From Catillopecten margaritatus gill symbiont (GTDB lineage Bacteria > Pseudomonadota > Gammaproteobacteria > PS1 > Pseudothioglobaceae), in assembly GCA_037956075.1 (NCBI GenBank), contig CP138327.1, positions 1,308,296 to 1,372,295 on the forward strand: 64,000 nucleotides of DNA. The letters run 5' to 3'. The stretch's first letter is position 1, and each line of letters opens with the position of its first letter. The translations under genes were made by a program, and so were the position numbers. Shown one piece after another: positions 50,537 to 59,335 of the stretch. Below the pieces are notes generated by a model. That model worked only from the letters and a program-made list of their open reading frames with translations, was not told where the DNA came from and did not search any database.

Positions 50537-50785
50537 ATCACAATATAAGTTATTGAATTTAAAGATAAAGCAGCATATTTTTGTGTAAATAAAACTCCAG
50601 TCATGAATAATAAAGTTGATAAATAACTTTACATTGGCTTTTGTTTACTATAAAAAGCGCACTATGAGATATATTCACAGACAAAGGAAAGGAGGTTTGT
50701 AAAGCAATTGAAAGAGTGTGATCAGATTAAAGTTAATAAATAACCTGATATTATTTCTTTTACTTACTTTTACAAGTATGCAATT

Positions 50786-51547
50786 ATGAAAGCAGATTTT
50801 TTAAACAGTTCGCCCAAGTTCTTATCGCCATTGATACATATGGCGTTAGAGTTGGGCGTCAATTACAAAGAGTTTGACTGTTTAATCAGACAGGCGTTTG
50901 TGGACGAAGTAAAGGTTATCCTTGAAAAGAAAAACAAGAAACCAACTGATGCTTCTATTAGTATTGCAAGTGGACTCCCTAGAAGTTGCGTTAAAGAGTT
51001 ACAAGGAAAAAGTAACAAAGGACAAAAGAATTGGATCAGTATGCCGGCCAGAGTTATTGCCGCATGGGTTGCAAAAGGATTGGGTGATACGATTAATTAT
51101 TCATCAAAAAATGGAAAGATGGATTTCGTTTCTTTGAGTGAAAGTGTTACCGCTGAAAAATCCCCAAGAACAATTCTTAATGAATTGGTGCGTTTAGGGC
51201 AGGTTCAATTTATTGATGACCAAGTGACTTTAACATTATTTGAGCACACTTCTAATGAAAATAATTACGAAGCATTGCTTAATGATTTCACAGACAATCT
51301 TGCTTGGCATACTTTAGCAGGGTCTCATTTATTAATGAATGATCCAAAGCCAGCCTTATTAGAACAAGCAGTTAAAGTTGATGGTATTTTTGAAGAAAGT
51401 GCACAAGATTTATCCAGATTAGGAAAAGAGTATTGGAAAGACATTTCGAAAAAGATGATTGATAAAGCAACACCAATATCTGAAAAAGAAGAAAAAGAAG
51501 GCGGTAAACACCAACTGACATTTGGTGTTTATTGTTACTATGATTAA
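50786..51547 (+). CDS. hypothetical protein with possible HTH segments
   Basis: 253 aa with no family recognised with confidence. TDASISIASGLPRSCVKEL and PRTILNELVRLGQVQF look HTH/wHTH-like. Confidence 0.5.
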   Translation: MKADFLNSSPKFLSPLIHMALELGVNYKEFDCLIRQAFVDEVKVILEKKNKKPTDASISIASGLPRSCVKELQGKSNKGQKNWISMPARVIAAWVAKGLGDTINYSSKNGKMDFVSLSESVTAEKSPRTILNELVRLGQVQFIDDQVTLTLFEHTSNENNYEALLNDFTDNLAWHTLAGSHLLMNDPKPALLEQAVKVDGIFEESAQDLSRLGKEYWKDISKKMIDKATPISEKEEKEGGKHQLTFGVYCYYD

Positions 51548-51594
51548 GAACTGAATTAAAGAAATAAGAATAAAGTTAAACAAGAATAAAATTA

Positions 51595-52342
51595 GGGTCT
51601 TAACTAGTTAAGCGGCTCTTTTCTAAAATTATCAAGTAAGATTTTATACATATCTTGCTTACGATTATTAAATCTAAATTCACATTCTTTAAGATGATAT
51701 TTAAACATTTTTTTATTCATTCCTTTAAATTTTACTAGCCTAATTTTAGCATAACCCCAAAAAGATTCGATGCCGTTAATATGAGAATTTCCTCTGGCAA
51801 ATTTATTCTTACCATGATGAACACGATAATGCTTTTTATAGCCAAAATCTACTAAGCCATTATATCCACGCCATCCGTCAGAATTAATAATACTATCTGT
51901 TGATGTTTTGTCTTTTATTATGCTGTGAAGGGTTATTCTATCGCACTTTTCTATAATTTGAGTATAAACCTTATCACCTCGTTTCAATAAGCCAAATACG
52001 ATTATCTTGCCCCTGGCACCTCGGCCGCGTTTCCCACGGACGCATCGAGCACCAAAGTAGCTTTCATCAACTTCAATCTGCCCCACTAGTGGGGCAGATT
52101 GAAGTTGATATTGGTCTGATAATTCAAAAATTCTTATCCTTACAAGTGTCAAAATTTTATTAACAGTGTTTAAATTTAGATTGGTTAATTGTGCTATTTG
52201 AGTAGCGCTTAAATCCACTGAAAAATATTTAATAACTTCTCTAAATTTTGCCTCTGAAAGTCTTGAACGATTGTAATACTTATTTTTCCTTTTCATAGCT
52301 AGTATTTTAAGCAATTAAAAATTGCTTAACTAGTTAAGACCC
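51595..52342 (-). mobile_element. IS1595-family insertion sequence
   Basis: Perfect 19-bp terminal inverted repeats GGGTCTTAACTAGTTAAGC (51595-51613) / GCTTAACTAGTTAAGACCC (52324-52342) enclosing one transposase ORF. Confidence 0.85.
51604..52314 (-). CDS. IS1595-family (ISXO2-like DDE) transposase
   Basis: IEVDESYFGARCVRGKRGRGARGKIIVFGLLKRGDKVYTQII is the characteristic ISXO2-like block. 236 aa. Confidence 0.8.
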   Translation of the reverse strand: MLKILAMKRKNKYYNRSRLSEAKFREVIKYFSVDLSATQIAQLTNLNLNTVNKILTLVRIRIFELSDQYQLQSAPLVGQIEVDESYFGARCVRGKRGRGARGKIIVFGLLKRGDKVYTQIIEKCDRITLHSIIKDKTSTDSIINSDGWRGYNGLVDFGYKKHYRVHHGKNKFARGNSHINGIESFWGYAKIRLVKFKGMNKKMFKYHLKECEFRFNNRKQDMYKILLDNFRKEPLN

Positions 52343-52995
52343 AAAATGAATATCGTCAAGGTCTAAGTAAGCTCAGGCGCTGGAATAAAGCCATTAAATA
52401 CAAGGTTAATTATTTTAAATTCCCACCCCCTTTTGAAGTGGGTAAAAGTCTGGTTGATGATCACTTTAAAGACCTTTCTGATATCACTACTCTGCCAATC
52501 TCTCAAAGTAGTGATAAAAGACCTAATTTTAGAATCATACTGACTAAGCGAGTACATTACAAAGAAGCTATTGAGACATATACCAATGCCAAAGTAAAAA
52601 ATCTTGATACCGAATCTAATTGCCTGTTGTCTATTAAGCATAAGCGCTATGCATTATCTGATGCTACTGTTATTATTCCTGTTGACCATGCGATGCGTTA
52701 CGGTTTATTGCCTGCCTGTGTTGTGGAAGAACTCACTCAGGCGATGGGACTACCAAATGACTCTGATTGGGTCAACCCTTCTGTCGCTAATGACAAAAGT
52801 GTTTTGGATTTATTAACAGGACTGGATTACTTAATGTTAAGAATACTTTATGATAAGCGTCTTGAAATTGGTATGAGTGTTGAACAAAGTGAACCTATAG
52901 TTGATGAAATATTACTAGATTTTGAAGAACAAGGCCTTATCAAAAATTCCATACTTGAAGCTAGAAAATTACGCCTTAGTGCTCAACTTGAATAG
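52330..52995 (+). pseudogene. 5'-truncated gene (DUF2927-like?) abutting the IS1595 end
   Basis: The frame is open from inside the IS terminal repeat (52330) through the track ORF 52438-52995. EELTQAMGLPNDS resembles the DUF2927 motif (from memory). No signal peptide or credible start. Confidence 0.4.
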
Positions 52996-53045
52996 CGTTT
53001 GGTTGCTTTTTTTGGTAATTTAATTGTTCTGAATACTCTCGATTT

Positions 53046-53088
53046 TGTCATTCCAAATACCCTTTAGTTTTTGTCATTCCGAGCGATA
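53046..53088. repeat. left half of a TGTCAT core (plus one array unit) interrupted by IS1182
   Basis: TGTCATTCCAAATACCCTTTAGTTTT + TGTCATTCCGAGCGATA, then the IS begins. Confidence 0.85.
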
Positions 53089-54855
53089 GAGACTGTAAAA
53101 AAACCAATCCACCATCAAAATTAGTACAAAAAAAATCTAAAAAAGGCATAATATATTAAAATAACTATTTGATTTATATTAAAATAGTAGCCATGAACAA
53201 TACCTATAAAACTGGAAAAAACAGACAACAAACTCTATTATTTCCACCAAGCATAGATGAGATGGTTTCTAAAGATAATCCAGTTCGAGGTATTGACAGT
53301 TATGTCGATATATTAGATATTAGATATTTTTGATTTAGGATTTAACAATAAAACAAGCACTGCTGCTGATGGAGCTTCAGCCTTTCATCCAGCATTATTA
53401 TTAAAAATATACATTTACGGTTACACCAACAAAATTAGAAGTTCAAGAGCCCTAGAAAAAGAAATTAAACGCAATGTAGAGATGATGTGGTTATGTAAAG
53501 GGCTAACACCGAGTCATACTACTATTGCTAATTTTAGAAAAAATAATGCTAAAGCCTTAAAAAATGTTTTTAAAGAGTTTGTGCTATTGTGTAGGAACCT
53601 AGACTTAATCGGTAATGAGTTAGTTGCACTTGATGGGGCTTTTTTAAGAGCAAATGCTTCTAAAAATCAATGACTGATGCATTCAACAATTGTCAAAGAT
53701 TTAGATAAAATCACGCTTAAAATACAGGATTATCTCAGCGAGATAGACACCATAATCAACAAAATAATAAAAGTGATTTAACCATTAATGCTACTGAGTT
53801 AATTGCTAAAACCAACCAACTTAAAGACAAAAAGTTGCAACTAGAACAAGAGAAGGCATTCCTAGAACAGCACAACAAAAAACAATATAACAAAACCGAT
53901 CCAGATGCTTCTTTAATGCAAAAACCAGCCCATAATCTAATGGCATATAATAGTCAAATTGTAGTTGATGATAAATACAAACTTATTGTTGCAACAGATA
54001 TTACTAGTTGTGGCACTGATATCAATCAACTACACAAAATGGCAAAACAAACAAAAGCCATATTAGCAACAGACAGCCTTACCATTGTTGCCGATACTGG
54101 TTATGATAATCATCAACAAATTAAACAATGCTACGATGACGGCATTACCCCAATTATCCCTGGTCGCAATCTGGTAAAAGTCCAACAAAACAAAGGTAAA
54201 TTTAGTAGAGATAAGTTTGTTTATAATGCCGACATTGATAATTATATTTGCCCAAATAATAAAATATTAGCCAAGCAAAATCAACCTCAAACCAAACCCA
54301 ATGGCAAAATTAACTTTGGCTATGCTACCCGTAGAAAAGATTGTAAGCAGTGTCCTTTAAAATCCCAATGTTTACCTGATAAAACGCTAATGAAACGCAT
54401 CTATCGTTGGGAACATCAAGTTATGCTTGATAAACATTATGACAAAATGCAGACAAAAGAGGCAAAAACTACGATTAAACGCAGAGGTAGTATTGTTGAA
54501 CATCCTTTTGGCACTATTAAAAGAGGGTTAGGCTGGGATCGTTATTTGGTTAGAGGTAAAGAAAAAGTATCAGGTGAAAATGCCTTGATTATGTTTAGTT
54601 ATAATTTTAAGAGAGTAATAAATATTCTAGGAGTAACTGGGTTCATTGCAATGACTTTAGCGCTTGAAACAGGGAATATTGATACTTTTTTAGTTAATTT
54701 TTGGCAGAATTTTATTTTTAGTGGGTTATTTATTGTTGTTTTACTAAATATTGCCAATTCTTTGAATATTAAGCAAAATAGACGATATTTGTTTGGTAAA
54801 TATCTAAAAATTGTTATTTTTTGTGATTAGGTGTGGTTGGTTTTTTTACAGTCTC
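53089..54855 (+). mobile_element. IS1182-family insertion sequence (decayed)
   Basis: Terminal inverted repeats GAGACTGTAAAAAAACCAATCCAC / GTGGTTGGTTTTTTTACAGTCTC. ATA on both flanks. Confidence 0.8.
53193..54830 (+). pseudogene. IS1182-family transposase pseudogene
   Basis: N-terminus MNNTYKTGKNRQQTLLFPPSIDEMVSKDNPVRGIDSYVD, AFHPALLLKIYIYGYTNKIRSSRALE, IVADTGY. Broken by a 7-bp tandem duplication TAGATAT (53314-53327), an in-frame TGA (53671-53673) and a further frameshift near 53760-53770. Confidence 0.8.
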
Positions 54856-54983
54856 ATAGCCGAGGAATCTCGTATTCCCAACACAAGATCCTTCGGCTAC
54901 GCTCAGGATGACATTGAGGGCTGTCATCTCGACCCCCCTGTCATCTCGACCCCCCTGTCATCTCGACCGAAGCGGAGAGATCT
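54856..54983. repeat. right half of the interrupted core plus a second 17-bp array and variant arm
   Basis: ATAGCCGAGGAATCT-loop-AGATCCTTCGGCTACGCTCAGGATGACA, then TGTCATCTCGACCCCCC x2, then TGTCATCTCGACCGAAGCGGAGAGATCT. Confidence 0.85.
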
Positions 54984-55004
54984 CCTGCCACCCAAGCCAA
55001 GCAC

Positions 55005-57053
55005 CTACTCTTCAATAACAATATTATAGTCAGGCAAGGCATTCAACAATTGTTTACCATAGAATTTCGTTACCAAACGATTATCAAAAATTGTAATTTT
55101 CCCCGTGTCAGTTTCTGTTCGAATCAATCGACCACAAGCTTGAATGAGTTTGAGGGAGGCATCGGGTAAGGAAACTTCCATAAAAGGGTTGCGATTTTGA
55201 GATTGCAAATAGTCCGCTAAAGTTTTGTCGATAGGGGAGTTGGGGACACTAAAGCGAAGTTTGGCAATTATTACATGGGTGAGATTATCGCCTTTTAAAT
55301 CTACGCCTTCGGAAAAACTGTCCAATCCAAAAATAACGGATCCTTGACCTTGTTTGCGTAGGTTAAGGTGTTTTTCTAAAATCAATTTCTTTGAATATTC
55401 GCCTTGCACCAATAAGTGAGGCTCTAATTTTTGCTCCACCAAGTCTGCCACCATTTGCATTTGTTTGTTGGAGGCAAATAACACCAAAGTGCCTTCGTTG
55501 CTATCAATACGCTTTAACAACTGTGAGGCAACTTCCTGTGTATGTTCGTAAATTTGTGTGGGATTGGCGTTGAATTTAGCGACGATAAAATCTACTTTTT
55601 CAAACGAAAAAGGTGAAGGTAGGCGTAAGTATTGATTTTCTGCTTTGAGCAAACCCAGTTGCTTGTTTAGCCTATCAAAACTACCAAGTGAAGACAAAGT
55701 GGCAGAAGTGAGTACACAACCAGCAACTTTTGACCAAATTAAAGTATCTAAATTGGTGGAAATATCAGTTTGTGCGCTGTTGAGTGTGTAGTTGGTTTTT
55801 TTGTTGGCAATGCTTTTGCTAATCCAGCGAGAACAAGGGGACTTGTCGGCATTGTCTGTGGCTAAAAATGAAGTCAGTAATTCGTTGATGCCAATCATAT
55901 GTTGCTCACATTCACCGATGGCGTTGCCCAAAGTGTCTGATGTGGATTTATCAACGGGATTGATGCGCTGGTAATCTGTCCACGAATCTTTCAAAAGCAC
56001 AAATCGGGCTAAATTTTGCGTGGTTAGAGTATTTAGATGCTCGGCAATCTCGGCAACGGCACTATCTACTTGTCCTTGGTTAAACAAATGCACTTCATCA
56101 TCAAAAGACAAACCCTTGAAAAGTAAAACCAAATCCTGCACATAGTCATCCATTTGCTTAATGTCAATTTCAATCACATCTTGCTCAGTGAGTTTGGCAA
56201 TCTGCTCACTTACGCCTTTGACTTGACGAATACTGCTTTTCATAAACTCGGTGCTGGCACTCATAGAAAAATGCGACAGGGCTTTAGAATTTAGATGGTG
56301 AGCTTCGTCAAAAATAAAAATAGAGTCATCGACATTTGGCAATACCGTGTTGCCCGTGGATACATCTGCCAACACCAAATCGTGGTTGGCAACAATCACA
56401 TCGGCTTGGGTAATTTTTTTACGCGCTTTGAAAAAGGCACAATCATCATAAAATTCACAACTTTTTGCATTGCAAGTAAAGCGATTACAAGCAATTTTCC
56501 CCCATACACCGTGGTCAGGCGCACGCGTCAAATCATCTATCTCACCATTCCATTGTTTGGCAGAGTAGTCTTCCAACAGAGTACTCATTTCTCGCATTTG
56601 ATATTCACCCGGTGGCTCGTCAAACAATAAGTTTTCATCCGTACCTGCCGTGTCTTCCACCAAATTAATCAAATTGCGAATACAAACATAGCGCGAACGC
56701 CCTTTGACCAACTGGTATTGAAATTCCACAGGGCAATATTTTTGCGCTTCGGGCAAGTCCTTGAGTAGCAGCTGCTCTTGCAGGGCAACATTGGCACTGG
56801 AAATAATCAACTTCTTTTTATTGGCTTTGGCAATCGGAATAGCGCTGAGTAAATAAGCAAAAGTTTTACCCGTACCTGTTGGTGCTTCTACGCATAAAAT
56901 TCGGTTGCTGTTTGGGTATTCTCCCGTCAATGTTTTGGAGATTTCAGCAATCATTTTGTTTTGCGAGCCGCGTGGCTGAAAACCATCCATATCCTCTTTT
57001 AGCGATATAAAAGCATCACGAATTTGACCCTTTAAATCGTCAGAGAGTGCCAT
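55005..57053 (-). CDS. dinG: ATP-dependent DNA helicase, DinG/XPD family
   Basis: 682 aa. Walker A APTGTGKT, DEAH box FDEAHH, four-Cys Fe-S cluster region (CNRFTCNAKSCEFYDDC). Confidence 0.85.
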   Translation of the reverse strand: MALSDDLKGQIRDAFISLKEDMDGFQPRGSQNKMIAEISKTLTGEYPNSNRILCVEAPTGTGKTFAYLLSAIPIAKANKKKLIISSANVALQEQLLLKDLPEAQKYCPVEFQYQLVKGRSRYVCIRNLINLVEDTAGTDENLLFDEPPGEYQMREMSTLLEDYSAKQWNGEIDDLTRAPDHGVWGKIACNRFTCNAKSCEFYDDCAFFKARKKITQADVIVANHDLVLADVSTGNTVLPNVDDSIFIFDEAHHLNSKALSHFSMSASTEFMKSSIRQVKGVSEQIAKLTEQDVIEIDIKQMDDYVQDLVLLFKGLSFDDEVHLFNQGQVDSAVAEIAEHLNTLTTQNLARFVLLKDSWTDYQRINPVDKSTSDTLGNAIGECEQHMIGINELLTSFLATDNADKSPCSRWISKSIANKKTNYTLNSAQTDISTNLDTLIWSKVAGCVLTSATLSSLGSFDRLNKQLGLLKAENQYLRLPSPFSFEKVDFIVAKFNANPTQIYEHTQEVASQLLKRIDSNEGTLVLFASNKQMQMVADLVEQKLEPHLLVQGEYSKKLILEKHLNLRKQGQGSVIFGLDSFSEGVDLKGDNLTHVIIAKLRFSVPNSPIDKTLADYLQSQNRNPFMEVSLPDASLKLIQACGRLIRTETDTGKITIFDNRLVTKFYGKQLLNALPDYNIVIEE

Positions 57054-58022
57054 TTAAGATTTGCGTTGTAGCGATAAATCACACAGTGCAATTAAAGCCG
57101 CTTTGTACTCAGAATCGTTAATCATATTCAAAGCCTGTTTCGCCAAATCAGCCGATTTTTGTGCTTGTTCACGGGTGTACTCAAAGGCGTTAACTGATTG
57201 TAAAATCGTAATCACTTGTTCAATTTTAGAATTATCCGCATTATTAATCGCATCTTCCAATAATTGCTTGTCTGCACCCGAAGTATTTTCCAGAGCATAA
57301 ATCATTGGCAGAGTGGTTTTTCCTTCACTCAAATCATCCCCCACCTCTTTGCCCATGGTTTTCGCATCAGATTGGTAATCCAACACATCATCAATAATTT
57401 GAAACGCATTACCCAAATGCAAACCATAATCTTTCAACGCCTGCTCCTGCACTTCATCAACCTCGGACAAAATACCCCCAATCTGCGTTGCCGCTTGAAA
57501 CAACACCGCTGTTTTGCGTTCAATGACTTGATAATATTCGGCCTCAGTCAACGCAGCATTTTGACAATTCAACAATTGCAAAACTTCTCCCTGTGCAATT
57601 TCATTGGTCGCCTTAGAAAGTATCGTCATAATTTGCATAGATTCTGGCTTAACCATCATCTGAAACGCACGAGAATACAAAAAATCTCCCACCAAAACAC
57701 TGGCAGCATTGCCCCAAACTTCATTTGCCGTATCTTTGCCTCGACGCAATTCCGACTCATCCACAATATCGTCATGTAGCAAAGTCGCTGTGTGAATCAA
57801 CTCAATCACCACCGCCATCAAATGATGATGCGTCCCTTGATAACCCGTCGCCCGAGCGCAAAGCAACAGCAACAACGGGCGCAATCGCTTCCCCCCTGCA
57901 TTGACAATATAACCACTCATTTGATTAATGAGTGCCACATCAGAACTCAAATGCTCAACCAACACCGCATCTGTTGCAGTGATGTCATCTTGGATTAATT
58001 TTTGGATGTCTGTAAATTTCAT
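57054..58022 (-). CDS. ispB: octaprenyl-diphosphate synthase
   Basis: Two DDxxD motifs (LLHDDIVDE, IIDDVLD). 322 aa. Confidence 0.9.
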   Translation of the reverse strand: MKFTDIQKLIQDDITATDAVLVEHLSSDVALINQMSGYIVNAGGKRLRPLLLLLCARATGYQGTHHHLMAVVIELIHTATLLHDDIVDESELRRGKDTANEVWGNAASVLVGDFLYSRAFQMMVKPESMQIMTILSKATNEIAQGEVLQLLNCQNAALTEAEYYQVIERKTAVLFQAATQIGGILSEVDEVQEQALKDYGLHLGNAFQIIDDVLDYQSDAKTMGKEVGDDLSEGKTTLPMIYALENTSGADKQLLEDAINNADNSKIEQVITILQSVNAFEYTREQAQKSADLAKQALNMINDSEYKAALIALCDLSLQRKS

Positions 58023-58028
58023 AACCTA

Positions 58029-58649
58029 CTATTTTAAACCATACGCCAACAGATAAACTTCTTTAGATCTTGCTCGAGAGGCTTTGGGTTTGCGAATCAC
58101 CACTTTAACAAAAGCCGCACGACAGGCTTTAACATACTCATCAAACCCTGCCCCTTGAAAAACCTTGATAAAAAAATAGCCACTCGGTGTTAGTGTCTTA
58201 ATCGCCATATCAAGTGCCAACTCACACAAATACAAAGATTTTGGAATATCCACCGACAACTGCCCACTCATATTCGGCGCCATATCGCTCAGCACCACAT
58301 CGACTTTTTCACCCTTGGTTAATGTCAGCAACGCCTCGTAAACCTCAATCTCAGTAAAATCCCCCTGTAAAAAATCCACATCCTCAATCGGCTCAATATC
58401 CAAAATATCACTGGCAATCACTTGACCCTTTTTACCCACCATTTTAATCGCAACTTGACTCCAACCCCCAGGTGCCGCCCCCAAATCTAAAACCGTATCA
58501 CCCGATTTAATAAACCTATCTTTATCAATCGCCTCCGTCAATTTATAAACTGCCCTCGAACGATACCCCTCTTTTTGCGCCCGTTTGACATACTCATCAC
58601 TCAAATGCTCACTCATCCAACGCCCAGAGCTGCCTTTATTTTTTGCCAT
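58029..58649 (-). CDS. rlmE: 23S rRNA (uridine2552-2'-O)-methyltransferase
   Basis: SRAVYKL...[13 protein letters not shown]...VLSDMAPN motifs. Confidence 0.92.
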   Translation of the reverse strand: MAKNKGSSGRWMSEHLSDEYVKRAQKEGYRSRAVYKLTEAIDKDRFIKSGDTVLDLGAAPGGWSQVAIKMVGKKGQVIASDILDIEPIEDVDFLQGDFTEIEVYEALLTLTKGEKVDVVLSDMAPNMSGQLSVDIPKSLYLCELALDMAIKTLTPSGYFFIKVFQGAGFDEYVKACRAAFVKVVIRKPKASRARSKEVYLLAYGLK

Positions 58650-58921
58650 TATTTGAAGAGTTGTGAATGCGAGCCGATTCTTAACAAGGTTAAGGTGTTA
58701 TCGGTAATTTGATAAATGACGAGCATATCGCCACCTAAGTGAAATTCTTTGCAGTGCTTATATTCACCCGAGAGTTGATGGTCTCGTGCCTCAATAGATA
58801 GTATTTCATTGGACAGTAATTTTCCAACATAGATATAAAATTTTGCTTGATGAATTTCGGATAATTTTACTTTTTTCGCCTCTTTTTCAAACGATTTTCG
58901 AGTGATTAATTTTTTATACAT
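58649..58921 (-). CDS. yafQ: YafQ-family type II toxin (RelE/ParE superfamily)
   Basis: 90 aa. [43 protein letters not shown] parallels the E. coli YafQ C-terminus. Confidence 0.75.
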   Translation of the reverse strand: MYKKLITRKSFEKEAKKVKLSEIHQAKFYIYVGKLLSNEILSIEARDHQLSGEYKHCKEFHLGGDMLVIYQITDNTLTLLRIGSHSQLFK

Positions 58922-59190
58922 TGCATTAATTCGTCTAAGGTCGTTTCCTTTATGCCAATACCAGCTTCTGCTTCTTTAATTACTTGAGCAGTTTCTTCAT
59001 TTGGAATATATGATTTTTCTGGCAACTTAACTTGAAATGGAATACCTTTTTCATAAACCGCTTGCGTTAAAAAAATATTAATAGCATCAGACAAACCCAT
59101 GCCATATTCTTTAAAAATAGCTTTTGCCTCTTCTTTTTTAACCTTGTTTAAATAAACATTGGTGCGACTTTTTTCAACATTAGCTAACAT
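58906..59190 (-). CDS. dinJ: DinJ/RelB-family antitoxin
   Basis: 94 aa. GMGLSDAINIFLTQAVYEKGIPF matches the DinJ RHH core. 16-nt overlap with the toxin gene. Confidence 0.75.
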   Translation of the reverse strand: MLANVEKSRTNVYLNKVKKEEAKAIFKEYGMGLSDAINIFLTQAVYEKGIPFQVKLPEKSYIPNEETAQVIKEAEAGIGIKETTLDELMQCIKN

Positions 59191-59335
59191 AACTCACCTC
59201 AATAAATACAAATTAGGGGTAATTTTAACACACAAAGAACACAAAACCCTTTATATCAATCAATGCTAATATTGTTAGATGTTATTAGGCTATTTAGGGG
59301 ATAATAATGCCTTTTTCAACACCCTTATAAATCGT

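Noticed and set aside
57061-57998. Antisense ORFs of up to 171 aa opposite ispB
   Set aside because: ispB is clearly the coding strand (DDxxD motifs). The antisense products have low-complexity, off-frame character.
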